A stretch of DNA of 64,000 nt, from the NCBI GenBank assembly GCA_951406725.2, contig OX597831.1, positions 10,230,001-10,294,000 of the forward strand. The letters run 5' to 3'. The notes under the pieces were generated by a model. The model was not told the origin of the DNA. It made no database searches and saw only the letters and a list, made by a program, of their open reading frames with translations. Positions 41,576-55,075 of the stretch are shown piece by piece (within the stretch, counting starts at the first letter, position 1; the number at the start of each line of letters is the position of its first letter). A program made the position numbers and the translations under genes. Source of the DNA: Octopus vulgaris. Lineage: Eukaryota.

Positions 41576-42010
41576 TGCGAAAGCATTCAGTTATGATATG
41601 GGGATAGAATTTGGTCTTGATAAATGCGCCACGGCCACTTTCCAGATCTGGAAATTGAAGACCTCACATTCATTGTGTTGAATATCGATACCGCCATAAA
41701 AGAACTCGAGCAGGAACAAACTTACAAATACCTCGGAATAAATGAAAGTTCTGCATGCATGAAAAAACATTACGAAGTAGTGTTACTGGAGTGTTCGAGC
41801 GGTCCTAAAATCCGAGTTGAATGCACGTAGCAGAGTTTTAGCTATGAATTCCTTAGTAATTCCAGTTGCTATTTACAGTTTCAACTGGAATATGAGTGAA
41901 ATGAAATTGATTGAAAATCTGTAAGCTGCTGAAGTGCAATAAGATACACTACCCAAAAGGAAACACAAGTCGGCTTTACCTACCTAGAAGAAGAAGGAGG
42001 TAGAGGAGTA
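41576..42010 (+). pseudogene. R4/Dong-type retrotransposon RT fragment
   Basis: FSYDMGIEFGLDKCA...IKELEQEQTYKYLGINE...VLKSELNA...RLYLPR, frameshifted; follows (AAT)n/(TAG)n. Confidence 0.8.
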
Positions 42011-44185
42011 GTGGGAGATGATTACAATGATGTGACTATTATTTTCATGAGCCTTTTAGTTTCTGATTGTTCCTTTCATACATTTTCTTACTGTATGGGG
42101 AATGAACACCATCAATTTAAGTTTCTGAAGTCGATGCGTATATACAATGGAAGGGAAAAATGCCGCAAGAAAAGAAAATCAAATCTTAGAATAAGTATCT
42201 TTCCTGTTAGTCAATCAAAGAACTTTCCAAATATAATTATAGTGTTATGGAGATTTAGGAACTCATACTTGACTAGATAAGCAAGGCAAATAACTGCAAT
42301 AGTTTTTAATGCAAATCAAGGTAGCTGTTGTGTCAGTAATTATTAAATATGAGGCCTACTTTTATTCCATATACTATGAGTACAAAACCTCCAGCTTCAT
42401 TTTGTTTCATTTAAGAAAACTCTGTCTAGGATTAGATTACTCAGTGTGTCAGCGATTCTTTTAAATCGCAAATGTAAGAACATCTAACCTAATCTTTATC
42501 ATCCCAAATGGAACAAAACAACTGTTTCTGTCTTGATGAGATATTTGATATGGAAAAAAAACAAATCCCAAATTGTACAAAACTGGGACAAGTGCTGTAA
42601 ATACCAAAAATACAAGAACAATAAAAACAAGTGATTGAAAATCGCCGGCAGCGAAAGTTACTCGTTAAATCATTTGAAAATATACGAACGCTATTAAGAA
42701 AACAACTCCTGTTAAAAAAAATTAAGAAATTGCTTTAATAGCATAAACGTAAGTATGAAATATGAACAAAAGAGAAACCGATCTCTCGTTAGCAACATTT
42801 GTGGTGGAACATTGTTGCTGATTGTAAATGATGGACGGATATCAAATAGGGATAATTTAAAAATCACCGATAACGATAAAAAATATAAAATCCTATACCA
42901 CAGAATAACAATGATGCGAAAGCATTCGGAAATAAAATGCTGTAACACCCCTGGCTAGTAAATATCTACAGAGTGTTTAAAAGGATGCGTAAAGATAGAC
43001 TGAAATACTTAGAAACGACTTATGAATAATAAATATAGCGTAGAGGAAAGCTTATCTTATTCCGACAGGCTGAACAAATATCCAATTAAAAATGCTATAT
43101 ATTTTTGTTCTTTCGTTTATATATGAACTGTTTTGGGTTACTTGTACAAAAATATTTCTTTCATTTCATTTAAATGTCAGGGACCCTCTGCTGCAAATGC
43201 ATATATGGATATAAGGTTCACTTAATAATATTGATGAATGGAGGGTTACTTCCATGATTTTGTTACCAGAATGATTTTCACTGTGAACGTGAGAACATGG
43301 ATTCCATAAAAGATATCTAAGATTAAGATAACACTAATAACACGACAGTACAAGGAACATGTTGCGAAGAACTGGAAGAGAGATAGAAAACTATTCGCAC
43401 GAAAGGGGAATTATAAAAGGAAAAATCAAACGTTATCAGATGGAAATATTCCAAAGGGAGTCACTGTAACTTGTAAATCGAAATTCATTGCATTAGAAAT
43501 GCGTTTACGCAATCTTTTGAATCAGGAATTAGATATAAAACTTGAATTCGTGATACCGAAATTGAGTGCAGAAAATCAGAAGGGAATTCGGGTACAGATT
43601 CTATTTGGAAAATTGCATTAAGAGTTGTTCCAAGTAAGAAAAGTAGTTATAAAAATAGTTGAAATAAAGGGAACCAAGTAAACCATATAGTAAACTAAGA
43701 GCTTCACATATTTAGAACTTAATAATATACACGGGTATGTCATGGAGATTGGAAAGAAATTTGAGACGGAATATTAAATAGAAAATTATTATTTCAACTA
43801 CCGAGATAAGCATCACTCTTCCGTTAGAATAATAATCGATTCAATTGTTTACAGTATTGAACTGATATATAACTTTTATTGAAGTCTCATGGATAGAAAA
43901 AAAACGCATAGTTGCCCCAGCTGGAAGGAACTTCGGAAAGTAGACGAAACGAAATACTACAAGTCAGTTTCTTCGACACTCAACTGAATAAAAATGCGCT
44001 AGTAATAACAGTCATTTTAATGAATTTTGCACCTCTTCGCACTATTATCGGATCTCTTCTGGCATTTACGTTCCCAGAGTAAGTGCCAAAAATATCGACT
44101 TCTATTTTTCGGGTTATATACTCGGGTTCGAGTATATGAGTACCAGTTCATTGCTTGGGTAGATGCAGCCCCTTAATCCATTTCC

Positions 44186-44247
<62 letters not shown>

Positions 44248-44697
44248 GAGTGAGAGAGCAGTGCATGCCATCAAAGTGACACTGGGGTAAAATATAAGAA
44301 GCCCATGTGATAAGGGTACATCAGGCATATGCATCAGAAGCATATGTGCGCGACATGGTGATCGATCTCATATCAAGATAAACAGCGCATGACCTTGCAG
44401 GGGAGGCCTAGTTAAAATTTTCTTCATCTCGAGTAGACCATTCCGCCCAAAAGGTCCCTGAATAAGGATTGTTTAAGGATGTTGGCGAAAAACTCATATT
44501 TCCAGAGATGAATTATTCAAACCCCAAAGAATTCCTCTCAACACATGGCTATGATGCTCCCCCTCCATTACTTCTGCTCGTTATCCGAGATGCACATATC
44601 GTCAACCACCATGTGGCATGCTCAAACTGGTTAAGGCCAAACAACTGACAAGCCAATCTGAGGTATTGAGCAGAACATTTGCTGTAGCCCATCTTTT
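44248..44697 (-). mobile_element. Unclassified interspersed repeat ending in (TAA)n; same family as 51133-52047
   Basis: GAGTGAGAGAGCAGTGCATGCCATCAAAGTGACAC is the reverse complement of 52013-52047; both copies end at TAA arrays. Confidence 0.75.
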
Positions 44698-47600
44698 AGA
44701 CAAAATACATCACTATTGATATAGTGAAATGGCGATGAGAAAGACAATCGTTGCTGTATTGCAGTTGGTTGGTATTTTTAGCGGCACTTTACTTTCTGAG
44801 TTTGCTTTTCATCATTTAGGTATCGCTAAAATAACCAGTCAAATACAAGTGACTTTTACTCTCCTCTCAAAACCACAGAACTTGTACCTAAATGCCAACC
44901 AATTATTGTAATAATGATTATCATCGTCAGGTTGGTTTGAATGTAATTGTGGGGAAACAATCACTAGAACGTCGAATCCCACCGAGATCAGCTCCCTATT
45001 TTTCCCACCGGGAGCAATAAAATAGTAAATCAATGGCGTCAAAAGATCTATGCCGCCAAATTTATGGGACCTAGGCCTAAATTAGAAATTTTAGCTCTTT
45101 TAATTTGAGGACGATAGGCTGGTAATGTGAGAGAATGGCCCACATCGACAAATCCACCGTAACAATTCTTTACAGTTCTTTACAGTTCTTTACAGTTCTT
45201 TACAGAAGAACACTGATGGTGAGAAACATATAAATGCCTGTTTTGGATAAAGAAAATTGGGGATAACCATAATTGCTAGTCGTAAATAAAATAAGAGTCA
45301 AAGAGTCCAATGTTTTTATCACTTCACTGGCACTGCGATATACCTGTGCTCAGGTCCTTTAAGTCCTAAAAGACCCAGCTCATTTTGCTGGTTTAAGCGA
45401 AAAACATAATATACAATCTTAACCAATCAGGCAGAGAAATCGTCTCAGTCTTTGTTCTCACATTTGTTGATGCTATTGTTTTTGTTGTTGATATTCAAAA
45501 CCAGATCATACCAGTTTGAACAAGTTTATAATCCAAGGTATTCCATTTGATATTTCTTTATATCTTCACATATATGCGATGTTTACGCATAAAAGTTGTG
45601 ATATCGTCAGGAGTTGATTTCTGTATCTGTCTGGCAAACGACTGTGCGCTAGATCGCTTATAGCATTCTTGTCTGCATCCACTATCACCTCACTATATTA
45701 GGAATTGCTTCAAATTATATTGCATTCCATGTGTAATATTTATCAAACGCATAAAAATCATCTGTTAATTATTCTCACGAGATAGTTTCGTCCACATGGA
45801 AACTCTATTAACATATAACATAAATTCTCTGCCACACTACAATATTTGCTACAGATTACATTATTTCTTGTCATTAAGCAATAAAATAATTGTTAATTCA
45901 ATGATAAATTTTGATGTAATTAAAATTCTCTAGCCAAAATTATTTAGCTTACATAGCTGATTTTATTCATTAAAAACGTAAATAATTATACAGAATAATA
46001 CGATAAAAATGGCGACTAGATATATCACAATAAAGCAATTTCAATAACAAACCAACAGAAATATTTACCGTTATCCAATCATGTTTAATTTAATTTATTC
46101 TGTTAAATAATTTCGTTGATTCTATTGAAAAAATCTCATACTTTTAATATTGAATATAAATTTTGAAATTAACAAAATATTTGCCCAATAAGCATGCTTA
46201 TTCGGTTTTTACCTTTGCCCAACAACAGCAGAACGAAATGACATTTCACGTTTATTCCACACTGTTTTATTATATTTGCGAGAATATACGTTTCTCAACT
46301 TTATAAATGTCATAACTTAAGTTCTGCTTACTATTTATTTTAACAGAAAATTAAAAATTATGCCACAGCTGAAAATACCTTTCCTGTTACATATCGCTTA
46401 TGTAGTACCGTAGCAAGAAGACCATAGATTGAGTTGGCATTTAGTGAAAAGAAAAATAAATGCAATATAGTGCGTGTAGCACATACGAAAATAAGATTAG
46501 CAATACAAGAGTCGGAAATACATTGTGGCATTATCTGTAACATTATAGGGAAAAGCTCTTTCACGAATTTTCAACATTCTATTATATTTATAGTTATCAT
46601 CTCTTTTGTTCAACGTTTTGATAGTTTTAATGATAAGCACTTCTCTGTAATATGTATGGTCTATACTAAAACAATTGTGTGCCTTTTACACGAGCATACA
46701 CCGTTGCTGGATATACTATGCTGTCTTTGGGGGGAAGAAAACAGCATGACACAGTCGGTGACTGTTAGTCACATCTATAAGGATTTATCTAGGGCTAAAG
46801 AGAAAATCTAAATTAATAATTAGCATATAACAAAAGACAAAAACCCATCGTACAATTAAGCTGTACGGGTGTGAAGGATAACGGAATCGGTTTTGGAATT
46901 TATTATACTGTTCTTTATTTTCTTTTCTTCAGGGTGATGGTAATCATGATGTAAATGAAAAACAAATCTTTGCAATGATTGAACCAGAATTGAATATTTA
47001 CGAGACGTTTTATTTAGCAAGATTTCAAAATTCTCACAAAACAGAATAACTATTACATTTATTATTTGATTCAAAATTCATAAATAGGTGAAAAACTTTT
47101 AAAGCACAGTGATAATGTAAACAAAACCAGAGTATATAGAATCATTTATAGAGTTTCGAAAGAGATATTCATAACCATTAATAAATTTGATAATACAGCT
47201 TTATGTTTACAATAATTTTATATTTTCTTTATGAAAAATTATATATTCTGTCCAAACTCACAGATAAAAATATCATTAGAATATTGATAATTCGTAAGAC
47301 ATATTTATACAAAAACTTGGTGTTAAAAGTGTTATTAGTAGAATTCATGTGCAACAAAATGACCAGTGAAGCGATTCCTTCAGGAGTATTACTAAAGTTC
47401 CGTTAATAAAATAATTGAATTTCCTAGTCCGAAAATCAAAAATAAAATTATGGAAAGATAATAAAGTAAAAAGACAAAATGTATTAATATAGATCTCAGC
47501 AAATCTGTGAACTATAGAACAAAACTATTTGCTGTATTTTCTTGTGAAATAAGGGAAAATTGTTCAGATAATTTTGTCTTGTGCAGTTTTTGTATTTTAC

Positions 47601-49104
47601 TCCCTGTGGAAAGCAATAAAAATCTATATGGATGCAAAACTGATAAGTCATCTAGATGGGGAGAGAATAAACGATAACATTTGATTGAATTACGATAAGT
47701 TACTTACTTTCTTAGACGTTAAAAGATAAGAATCAAAATAGAATTGATGACAGACTTGGTTTGTTTTTTATGTTTTTTTACACAATTTTTGTTTCTATTG
47801 TTTTTCACACAGGAAATCATTTCTTTTCATAGACTGAATTTTGTCTTAGATTTTCTGACAAGCAATAAGTTGCTATTGTAAATATCAATTAAAAGGCGAG
47901 ATTTCACAAGGTCCCTAACACATTATATTTAATTAGATTCGGTTAATGTACACATCTTTCTCTGCCAGAATTTAATGCCGGCCAATAAAGTTCATACATC
48001 TGACACATTGGCGAAATGGTTAAAGTTATTCTGATAAAGAAGAAAGATTTTAAAACCATACAATGCTAAAAAACATACGGTATATCTGACTTGGGCAATA
48101 GGCTAATTTCTACTTCCTGTTTCACATCAGAATTTTATGTTTTCTGTTTTTTTGTTGCTTTGTTATCAAGTGCCGTTTGGTCAGGTGAAATATTAGAAGA
48201 CGACATCAGATTTGATGAGGTATTCCTCCATCGGCTATTTTGTCTTCACAGAAACACACTGTATAATATGGCCATATTTTCTGTGTTCCTAGTGTAAGTA
48301 GGGATAGCCAAATCTGGATTAATTCATATTTATAATTCTTGATCAGCGCTAAAAGTTTGGATAAACAGTAGAACTAAGCAATGATATTTGCATGAAGAAT
48401 TTTGATACGAATTTTAAAATATACGTTAATATTTTTATTGTCACAAGAGAAAGCATTTAGTGGCTTCGGCAGAGTTGGTCAGAAGGTAGTCAAAATGATT
48501 CGTCTTCGTAGCATTTATTCATGTCCCTTAACATCCTGTGTTCCTATTTCTACGGCTGTTGTATTTTATTATTTCGGTGTCGATAAACCAACAAATCAGT
48601 TCCATGAGGTAAATATAATCATCCAAACCATTCTCCAAAATATTTAACCTTCTGATTATGCTATAAATCAATATTAATGTACACATAACGAAAGTGTCTG
48701 CGATAAGAAAAAAAATACTCTGAAGCTAGCAGGAGTTTTCAAAGAAATTAAGACAGAGAAATGCATTTATAAAACCAACCATCATTTTCATAATTAAAAC
48801 AATATTATTCATTAACTAATATTGGTTTTTCATTAACCTATAATTAATTTTTTATGAAACTTTCTGATGATTAATGCATTAAATATGTTAGTATTAACAT
48901 ATTTAAAGCAGTATGTTTTCGAATTGCATCTCTCAGCAATTTATTCTTTAAAATACATTCATTGTCTACACTTATTGAATATTGGATGTATTGTGAATTA
49001 CTTTCCGAACACTACTTCCACATCTACAGCAAGTTCTAGTCGAAAAGTGTTTGATAAGAATTCAACGTCTCTAAATTTGTATTTAATAATGATAATAATA
49101 ATAA

Positions 49105-49136
<32 letters not shown>

Positions 49137-49157
49137 ATAATAATTATAAAAATAGTA

Positions 49158-49235
<78 letters not shown>

Positions 49236-49249
49236 AAATACAAAATACT

Positions 49250-49346
49250 CTCGCAAAATACTTTCTATGTAATCTCAAGTTTTAAAACAAAAGTCTCTTG
49301 GTGAGACTTGGAGCCAACTTGTACAAATATAAAGCAAAAGTGAAAC

Positions 49347-49349
<3 letters not shown>
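49250..49349 (+). mobile_element. Putative 3' end of an R4/Dong-type element in a (TAA)n array
   Basis: ILxKILSM*-like terminus plus short UTR between TAA arrays. Confidence 0.4.
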
Positions 49350-49419
<70 letters not shown>

Positions 49420-49439
49420 AATAATAAGATGTGTGAAGT

Positions 49440-49647
49440 GCATGGAACAAATAGGGATCTTGAGAAGTACATGGAACAAATAGGGGCTGCAATAAGTGTG
49501 GAGCACTGGCAGAAAACAGCACTGCTTGGAACCGCTCAAACACTCCGTAAGGTGCTCAAAGAATAAGAGGTGTTACAGTAGTTCACTGGTAGTGAACAGC
49601 TGACACTGTAGGACATCTCTGACACCGTTAGAAGCTGCGCAAAGACA
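49440..49647 (+). mobile_element. R4/Dong-type element 3' end
   Basis: LEKYMEQIGAAISVEHWQKTALLGTAQTLRKVL plus UTR; paralog of 50940-51098; flanked by TAA arrays. Confidence 0.8.
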
Positions 49648-49669
49648 ATAATAATAATAATAGAGGTGA

Positions 49670-49770
<101 letters not shown>

Positions 49771-49773
49771 CTG

Positions 49774-50094
49774 AGACCCTCTTCGGTCATGAATGACCAT
49801 GGGATTGCACCTAGAAATTTACCCTCCTAGGCACAAGTCCCGGCAAGGCTGTCTATGGAAGATCAGTAGTTGTCCATGGATACCGGCCTCCCGCATCCAG
49901 TGTTATCCAAGGGAAAGGCAAATGCCAATAAAGCTTGGCACCTGTGACGTTGCAACTCATTTCTACAGCTGAGTGAGCTGGAAGAACGTGAAATAAAGTG
50001 TCTTGCTCAAGAACAAAACGCGCCGCCCGGTCCGGGATTCTAACTCAAAACATCACGATCGTAAGCTCGACGCGCTAACCACTGAGCCTTCACA
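49774..50094 (-). mobile_element. tRNA/CORE-type SINE (family of 51447-51789)
   Basis: Aligns along its length to 51456-51789. Confidence 0.85.
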
Positions 50095-50189
50095 AATTAT
50101 AATAATAAGTAAATATAATGATAATAAAAAGTAAATAAGTAATAATAATAATTACTATTATTACTTACTTATTAATGGTAGGTAAATAA

Positions 50190-50510
50190 ATTGGTACGAC
50201 CACAAACCTGAAGGCATCGTCCAAAGTAGAAAGACAAAGATCCTATGGGATTTTATGATTCAGTGCGACCATGAGATAGAGAATAGGAAGCCAGATATAG
50301 TCTTAGTTGAGAAAGAAAAAAAAACTATGCTGGATCATAGATATAGGCGCAGGAGTGGCTGTGTGGTAAGTAGCTCGTTTACCAACCACATGGTTCCGGG
50401 TTCAGTCCCACTGCGTGGCACCTTGGGTGAGTGTCTTCTACTATAGCCTCTGGCCGACCAAAGCCTTGTGAGTGGATTTGGTAGACGGAAACTGAAAGAA
50501 GCCTGTCGTA

Positions 50511-50544
<34 letters not shown>

Positions 50545-51098
50545 CGTGTGTATGTGTTTGTGTGTCTGTGTTTGTCCCCCTAGCATTGCTTGACAACCGA
50601 TGCTGATGTGTTTATGTCCCCGTTACTTAGCGGTTCGGCCAAAGAGACCGATAAAATAAGTACTGGGCTTACAAAAGAATAAGTCCCTGGGTCGAGTTGC
50701 TCGACTAAAGGCGGTGCTCCAGCATGGTCGCAGTCAAATGACTGAAACAAGTAAAAGAGTAAAAGAGTAAAGAGTAAAAGAGTAATAGCATGCCCAGCTG
50801 ACAACAAGGTATGCGATAAGGAAGAAAGAAAAGTCGAGAGATGTGACAGGTTAGCTTGGGAAGTTAAGCAGTTGTGGTTGATGAAAAAGGTGGCAGTTGC
50901 ACCAATAATTGTCGGAGCCCTGAGAACGGTGAGCCAAACTCTTGAGAATTACATTGAACAAATTGGGGCTGCAATAAGTGTGAAACACTCGCAGAAAACA
51001 GCACTGCTTGGAACCGCTCGAATACTCCGGAAGGTACTCACTGGTAGTGAGCAGCTGACACTGTAGTACATCTCCAGCGTTAGAAGCTGTGCAAACGC
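50190..51098 (+). pseudogene. R4/Dong-type endonuclease-domain fragment interrupted by a SINE
   Basis: WYDHKPEGIV..KILWDFMIQCDHEIENRKPDIVLV..CWIIDI | ACPADNKV..VAPIIVGAL..QKTALLGTARILRKV; the reading resumes after the SINE. Confidence 0.85.
50346..50784 (+). mobile_element. Full-length tRNA/CORE-type SINE with internal microsatellite and (GTAAAAGA)n tail
   Basis: A-box TGGCTGTGTGG, B-box GGTTCAGTCCC, CACCTTGGG..AGTGTCTT core; short ATAG duplication at the ends. Confidence 0.88.
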
Positions 51099-51132
51099 TA
51101 TGATAATAATAATAAGTAAATAGATAAATAAA

Positions 51133-52047
51133 TGCCGTGGGGCAATACCAGGCAGTGGCTCACATGGCTTCTGATCTTAAATGATTGGAAGGCTTATCAT
51201 GTACATTGTTTTCTCCTCTGTATAAAAGATGGGCTACAGAAAATATTCAGCTCAATTCCACGAATTTCCCTGTCAGTTGTTTGACCTTAACTAGTTCAGC
51301 ATCTCCCGTGATGGCTGACGATATGTGCACAACTGATCACGAGCTGAAATAATGGGGAAGCACCATAGCCATGTATTGAGAGGAATTCTTTGAGGTTTGA
51401 ATAATTCATCTGGTGAACCATAGGTGTTTCGTACATCATCCTTAAAAAGGGTAAAGACCCCCTTCGGTCATGAATGACCATGGGATTGCACCTAGAAAGT
51501 TACCCTCCTAGACACAAGTCCGGGCAAGGTTGTTTTATGGAAGACCAGCAGTCGCCCATGCATACCAGCCTCCCTCTCCACGCCACCAGTGTTATCCAAG
51601 GGAAAGACAAAGGTCGATACAGCTTGGCACCAGTGACGTCGCAACTCATTTCTACAGCTGAGTGAACTGGAGCAACGTGAAATAAAGTGCCTTGCTCAAG
51701 AACACAACACGCAGCCCGGTCCGGGATTCGAGCTCACAACCTCACGATCGTAAGCTCGACGCTCTAACCACTGAGCCATGCGCCTTCACACATCATCCTT
51801 AAACATACCTTATTCAGGGACATTTTGATGCGGATGAGCTACTGGACCTAAAGAAAATTGTAACTAGGCGCCAACCTGCAGGTCCATGTCCTGTTTATCT
51901 TGATATGAGATCACCATGTCACGCACATGTGGTTGGGATGTATGTGTCTGGTGTACCCTTATCAGATGGATAGACATGATGGGTATACTGGGCTTTGTAT
52001 ATTTTACCCCCGTGTCACTTTGATGGCATGCACTGCTCTCTCACTCT
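51133..52047 (+). mobile_element. Unclassified (TAA)n-associated repeat interrupted by a SINE
   Basis: Homologous to 44248-44697 in opposite orientation once 51447-51803 is removed. Confidence 0.7.
51447..51789 (-). mobile_element. Full-length tRNA/CORE-type SINE with 14-bp TSD
   Basis: Head TGGCTCAGTGGTTAGAGC...GAGCTCGAATCCC; ACATCATCCTTAAA duplicated at 51433-51446 and 51790-51803. Confidence 0.92.
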
Positions 52048-52089
52048 TTAATAATTATTATAATAACGATAATGATAATAATAATAATA

Positions 52090-52158
<69 letters not shown>

Positions 52159-52160
<2 letters not shown>

Positions 52161-53025
52161 GAAAAGCCCCTTCATGGTAAATACTGGACTAAACTAAACG
52201 CAAAAGAAATAGACAAAGAAAAATCCCAGCAATGGTTGAGAAGCTCAGGATTCAAAGCAGAAACAGAGGGATTTTTAATTGCAGCACAAGACCAAAGCCT
52301 ACCCACCAGAAATTACCAAAAACATGTAATGAAAAAAAATATTACAAGTAACTGCAGAATATGTGGAGATGGACAAGAAACAATAAATCATATTATCTCT
52401 AGCTGCCCAGTCCTGGCCAAGAAGGAATATATTCACAGACATGACAGAGTTGGAACTTACATACATTGGAAGCTATGCCAACATTATGGAATAACAACAG
52501 AAAAAAGATGGTATAGGCACACACCAGAAAAGGTCACAGAAAACGACAAAGCAACCATACTCTGGGATATGCCGATACACACAGATAGAGAAATTAAGGC
52601 CAACAGACCAGATATAGTTGTCAGAGACCATGAAGAAAAAAATGCTTTCTAATTGATGTGTCAGTACCGGCAGATGACAACGTGTCTCTAAAAGAAATGG
52701 AGAAACTCTCAAAATACAAAGACCTGGAAATAGAGGTAACTAGAATGTGGAATCTGAAAACAGAAACAATTCCTATCATAGTAGGTGCATTAGGCATGAT
52801 AAAAAAATATTCAGACAAATACATAACAAAAACACCAGGACTTACAAACACATATATCATACAGAAAATTGCACTACTAGGCACTGCACACATCCTACGC
52901 AGAACACTTTCCATACAATAACCATCAGAGCATCACAACAAATCACAGCACATACCCAAGGCACACAGAGCTGCGCTCGGTAGTGAAGTGAAAGCACGCT
53001 ATAAAAATAAAAATAAAACTACTGA
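52159..53025 (+). mobile_element. R4/Dong-type non-LTR retrotransposon 3' portion (CCHC knuckle, restriction-like endonuclease, 3' UTR)
   Basis: KPLHGKY..ETEGFLIAAQDQ..CRICGDGQETINHIISSC..RHD..RPDIVV(frameshift in poly-A at ~52640)LIDVSVP..KEMEKLSKYKDL..PIIVGALG; (TAA)n on both sides. Confidence 0.92.
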
Positions 53026-54065
53026 ATAATAATAATAATAATAACAATAATAATAACTCAGGCCTTCACTATTCTAACAACACAAGTACGTTTGTTTTCT
53101 TCATACGGCAAACGTCTACCATTCTCTGATACAATTTTTTAAAAAATGTGTGCTTTCTAGGTGCATTATGAAATCTTGTGCTTAGCTTCCATCATGCCCA
53201 CGTACACACACAAACACACACACGCACACACGTATCTGCGCGCGCAAACACACAGACATACCACATACATATATCCATGTGTGTGTCTGCGCATGTGTGT
53301 GTCCTGTTGTGCACGCGCGCTCGCTTTTGTATTATAATTGTTCTTTATGGACTATGTATAATATATATGTTTTATATTTTTACAATTTATAATGCGAACA
53401 TAAATTTATTGCAATTTCCATATACGAGAAGAATTCTTTTCAAATACTTTTTTCCTCCTTGACAAATACAGAAATCTCCTTTTATTGCTACTGTCACCAA
53501 ACTTCGAATTCAGCTGTCAGTGTTGTACTAATCTCAAATAAGTCGGTTTAACTGTGGCACTACCAAACATATCTCAAGTCATTCGCCAATATAGAACCTT
53601 GCAAATAGTCAGTTGATCAGCTAGAAATAGCATCTAGGGCTTTCTTCCTCACCTCATACCCCCATTAATGTGGGCACTTAGCAAAATGTGATACAGGACA
53701 CGCTGTGAATAGACGGAAAATAAGTTGAGACATTAAAGTTTCATTCCAAACGGAGACCCTAATACTTTTCGTCGATCACAGTTTACTTGGAAATAAACAC
53801 CCTCGTCACTTTGAAGTAATCATATCACAAATAAGTGGCCATTCGACATATTGTTAAACGCAGTCTTCAACTACTATCTTCCAAACACTCTCATACATAT
53901 AATTATTTATGCTTTTGTATACAATTGGTCTTTACCTTCACTAAAACTGCCTTTTCGCACATATTGTTGAAGGTCTTATGTAATCATCCGATTTGCTGGG
54001 GTTTTGCCACATTTATATGTTTTTGATCTCTAATTTCCGGTATTTCTTTTTTTTTATAGTTATAT

Positions 54066-54130
54066 AGGCGCAGGAGTGGCTGTGTGGTAAGTAGCTTGTT
54101 TGCCAACTACATGGTTCCGGGTTCAGTCCC
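54066..54130 (+). mobile_element. SINE 5' fragment (family of 50346)
   Basis: GGCGCAGGAGTGGCTGTGTGGTAAGTAGC...GGTTCAGTCCC. Confidence 0.8.
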
Positions 54131-54864
54131 GGGAAAAACATACACCTGCTTGGCTCTTTATCTGCCTGAGACGAGAGATGTTACTCATCACAAACTGCTT
54201 TGTTATATAAAATTATTATAAATTTTGTTTTACAGTAGCATTTTGTTTATATTATTTCCTTTTACAATTGCATTTTAAAATACTTCTTCGCAATATAGTA
54301 TTGCTTCAACCAAAAGCATGAAACCTTTTAATATTTCAATTGAAATAAACTCACACACACTCGCATATACACACATATATACAGACAAAGAGAGATTGAA
54401 AAAAAGAAAGAGAGTTAATGGCTTAGTGAACCAGCAAGGACTTCAGAAACTGTTTGTCAGAGTTCCATGTCACAGATCATCGTTCTGTCGTAAATGTTTA
54501 TAAATATTTAGAAACGGTGCAGTGATCATTTTTCAGCAACTCGTGAAACAAACATTTGAAGTTCATTGGACAGAAGACGGATTACTGAATTTGAAAACGA
54601 TTATCTGTTGCATGCCAACGATTCGCCGTTGACGAAAAATTGCAAATAAAGAAATCGAGTCGAAATTTATATAAAAACTGAATACAATGCATCACTGATA
54701 TAGAGGGAAATGGATACAGAAATTGAAGCAGACGGGAAATAAGGCATATTTGTACTCATGATTTTCTTAAAATCATGAGGTAATAGAGAGAAATTATATG
54801 CTGCTATATCAGGATGTATGTTTGTAAATTATGATTTTATTGCTTTTGAGATGTTTCATAAATA

Positions 54865-55075
54865 TTGGCTTCAAGTCTTCGCACAAAGCCAGCAATTCCA
54901 GGAGAAATGTGTTAATCATTTACAACGATTCTTTTACTTCACCTATACTTTATTTATCGACCTTGAAAGAGTAAAAAGGCGACAATGACCTCAGCATGAT
55001 TTGAACTGAGAATGGAATGCATCGAAAGAAATTATCTTTTGTCCGACGCACTAACGAGCCTGCCATATCAGAGCC
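54865..55075 (-). mobile_element. Degenerate Nin/Deu-like SINE
   Basis: TTTATCGACCTTGAAAGAGTAAAAAGGC...ATTTGAACT resembles the reverse complement of the 4061 family. Confidence 0.55.
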
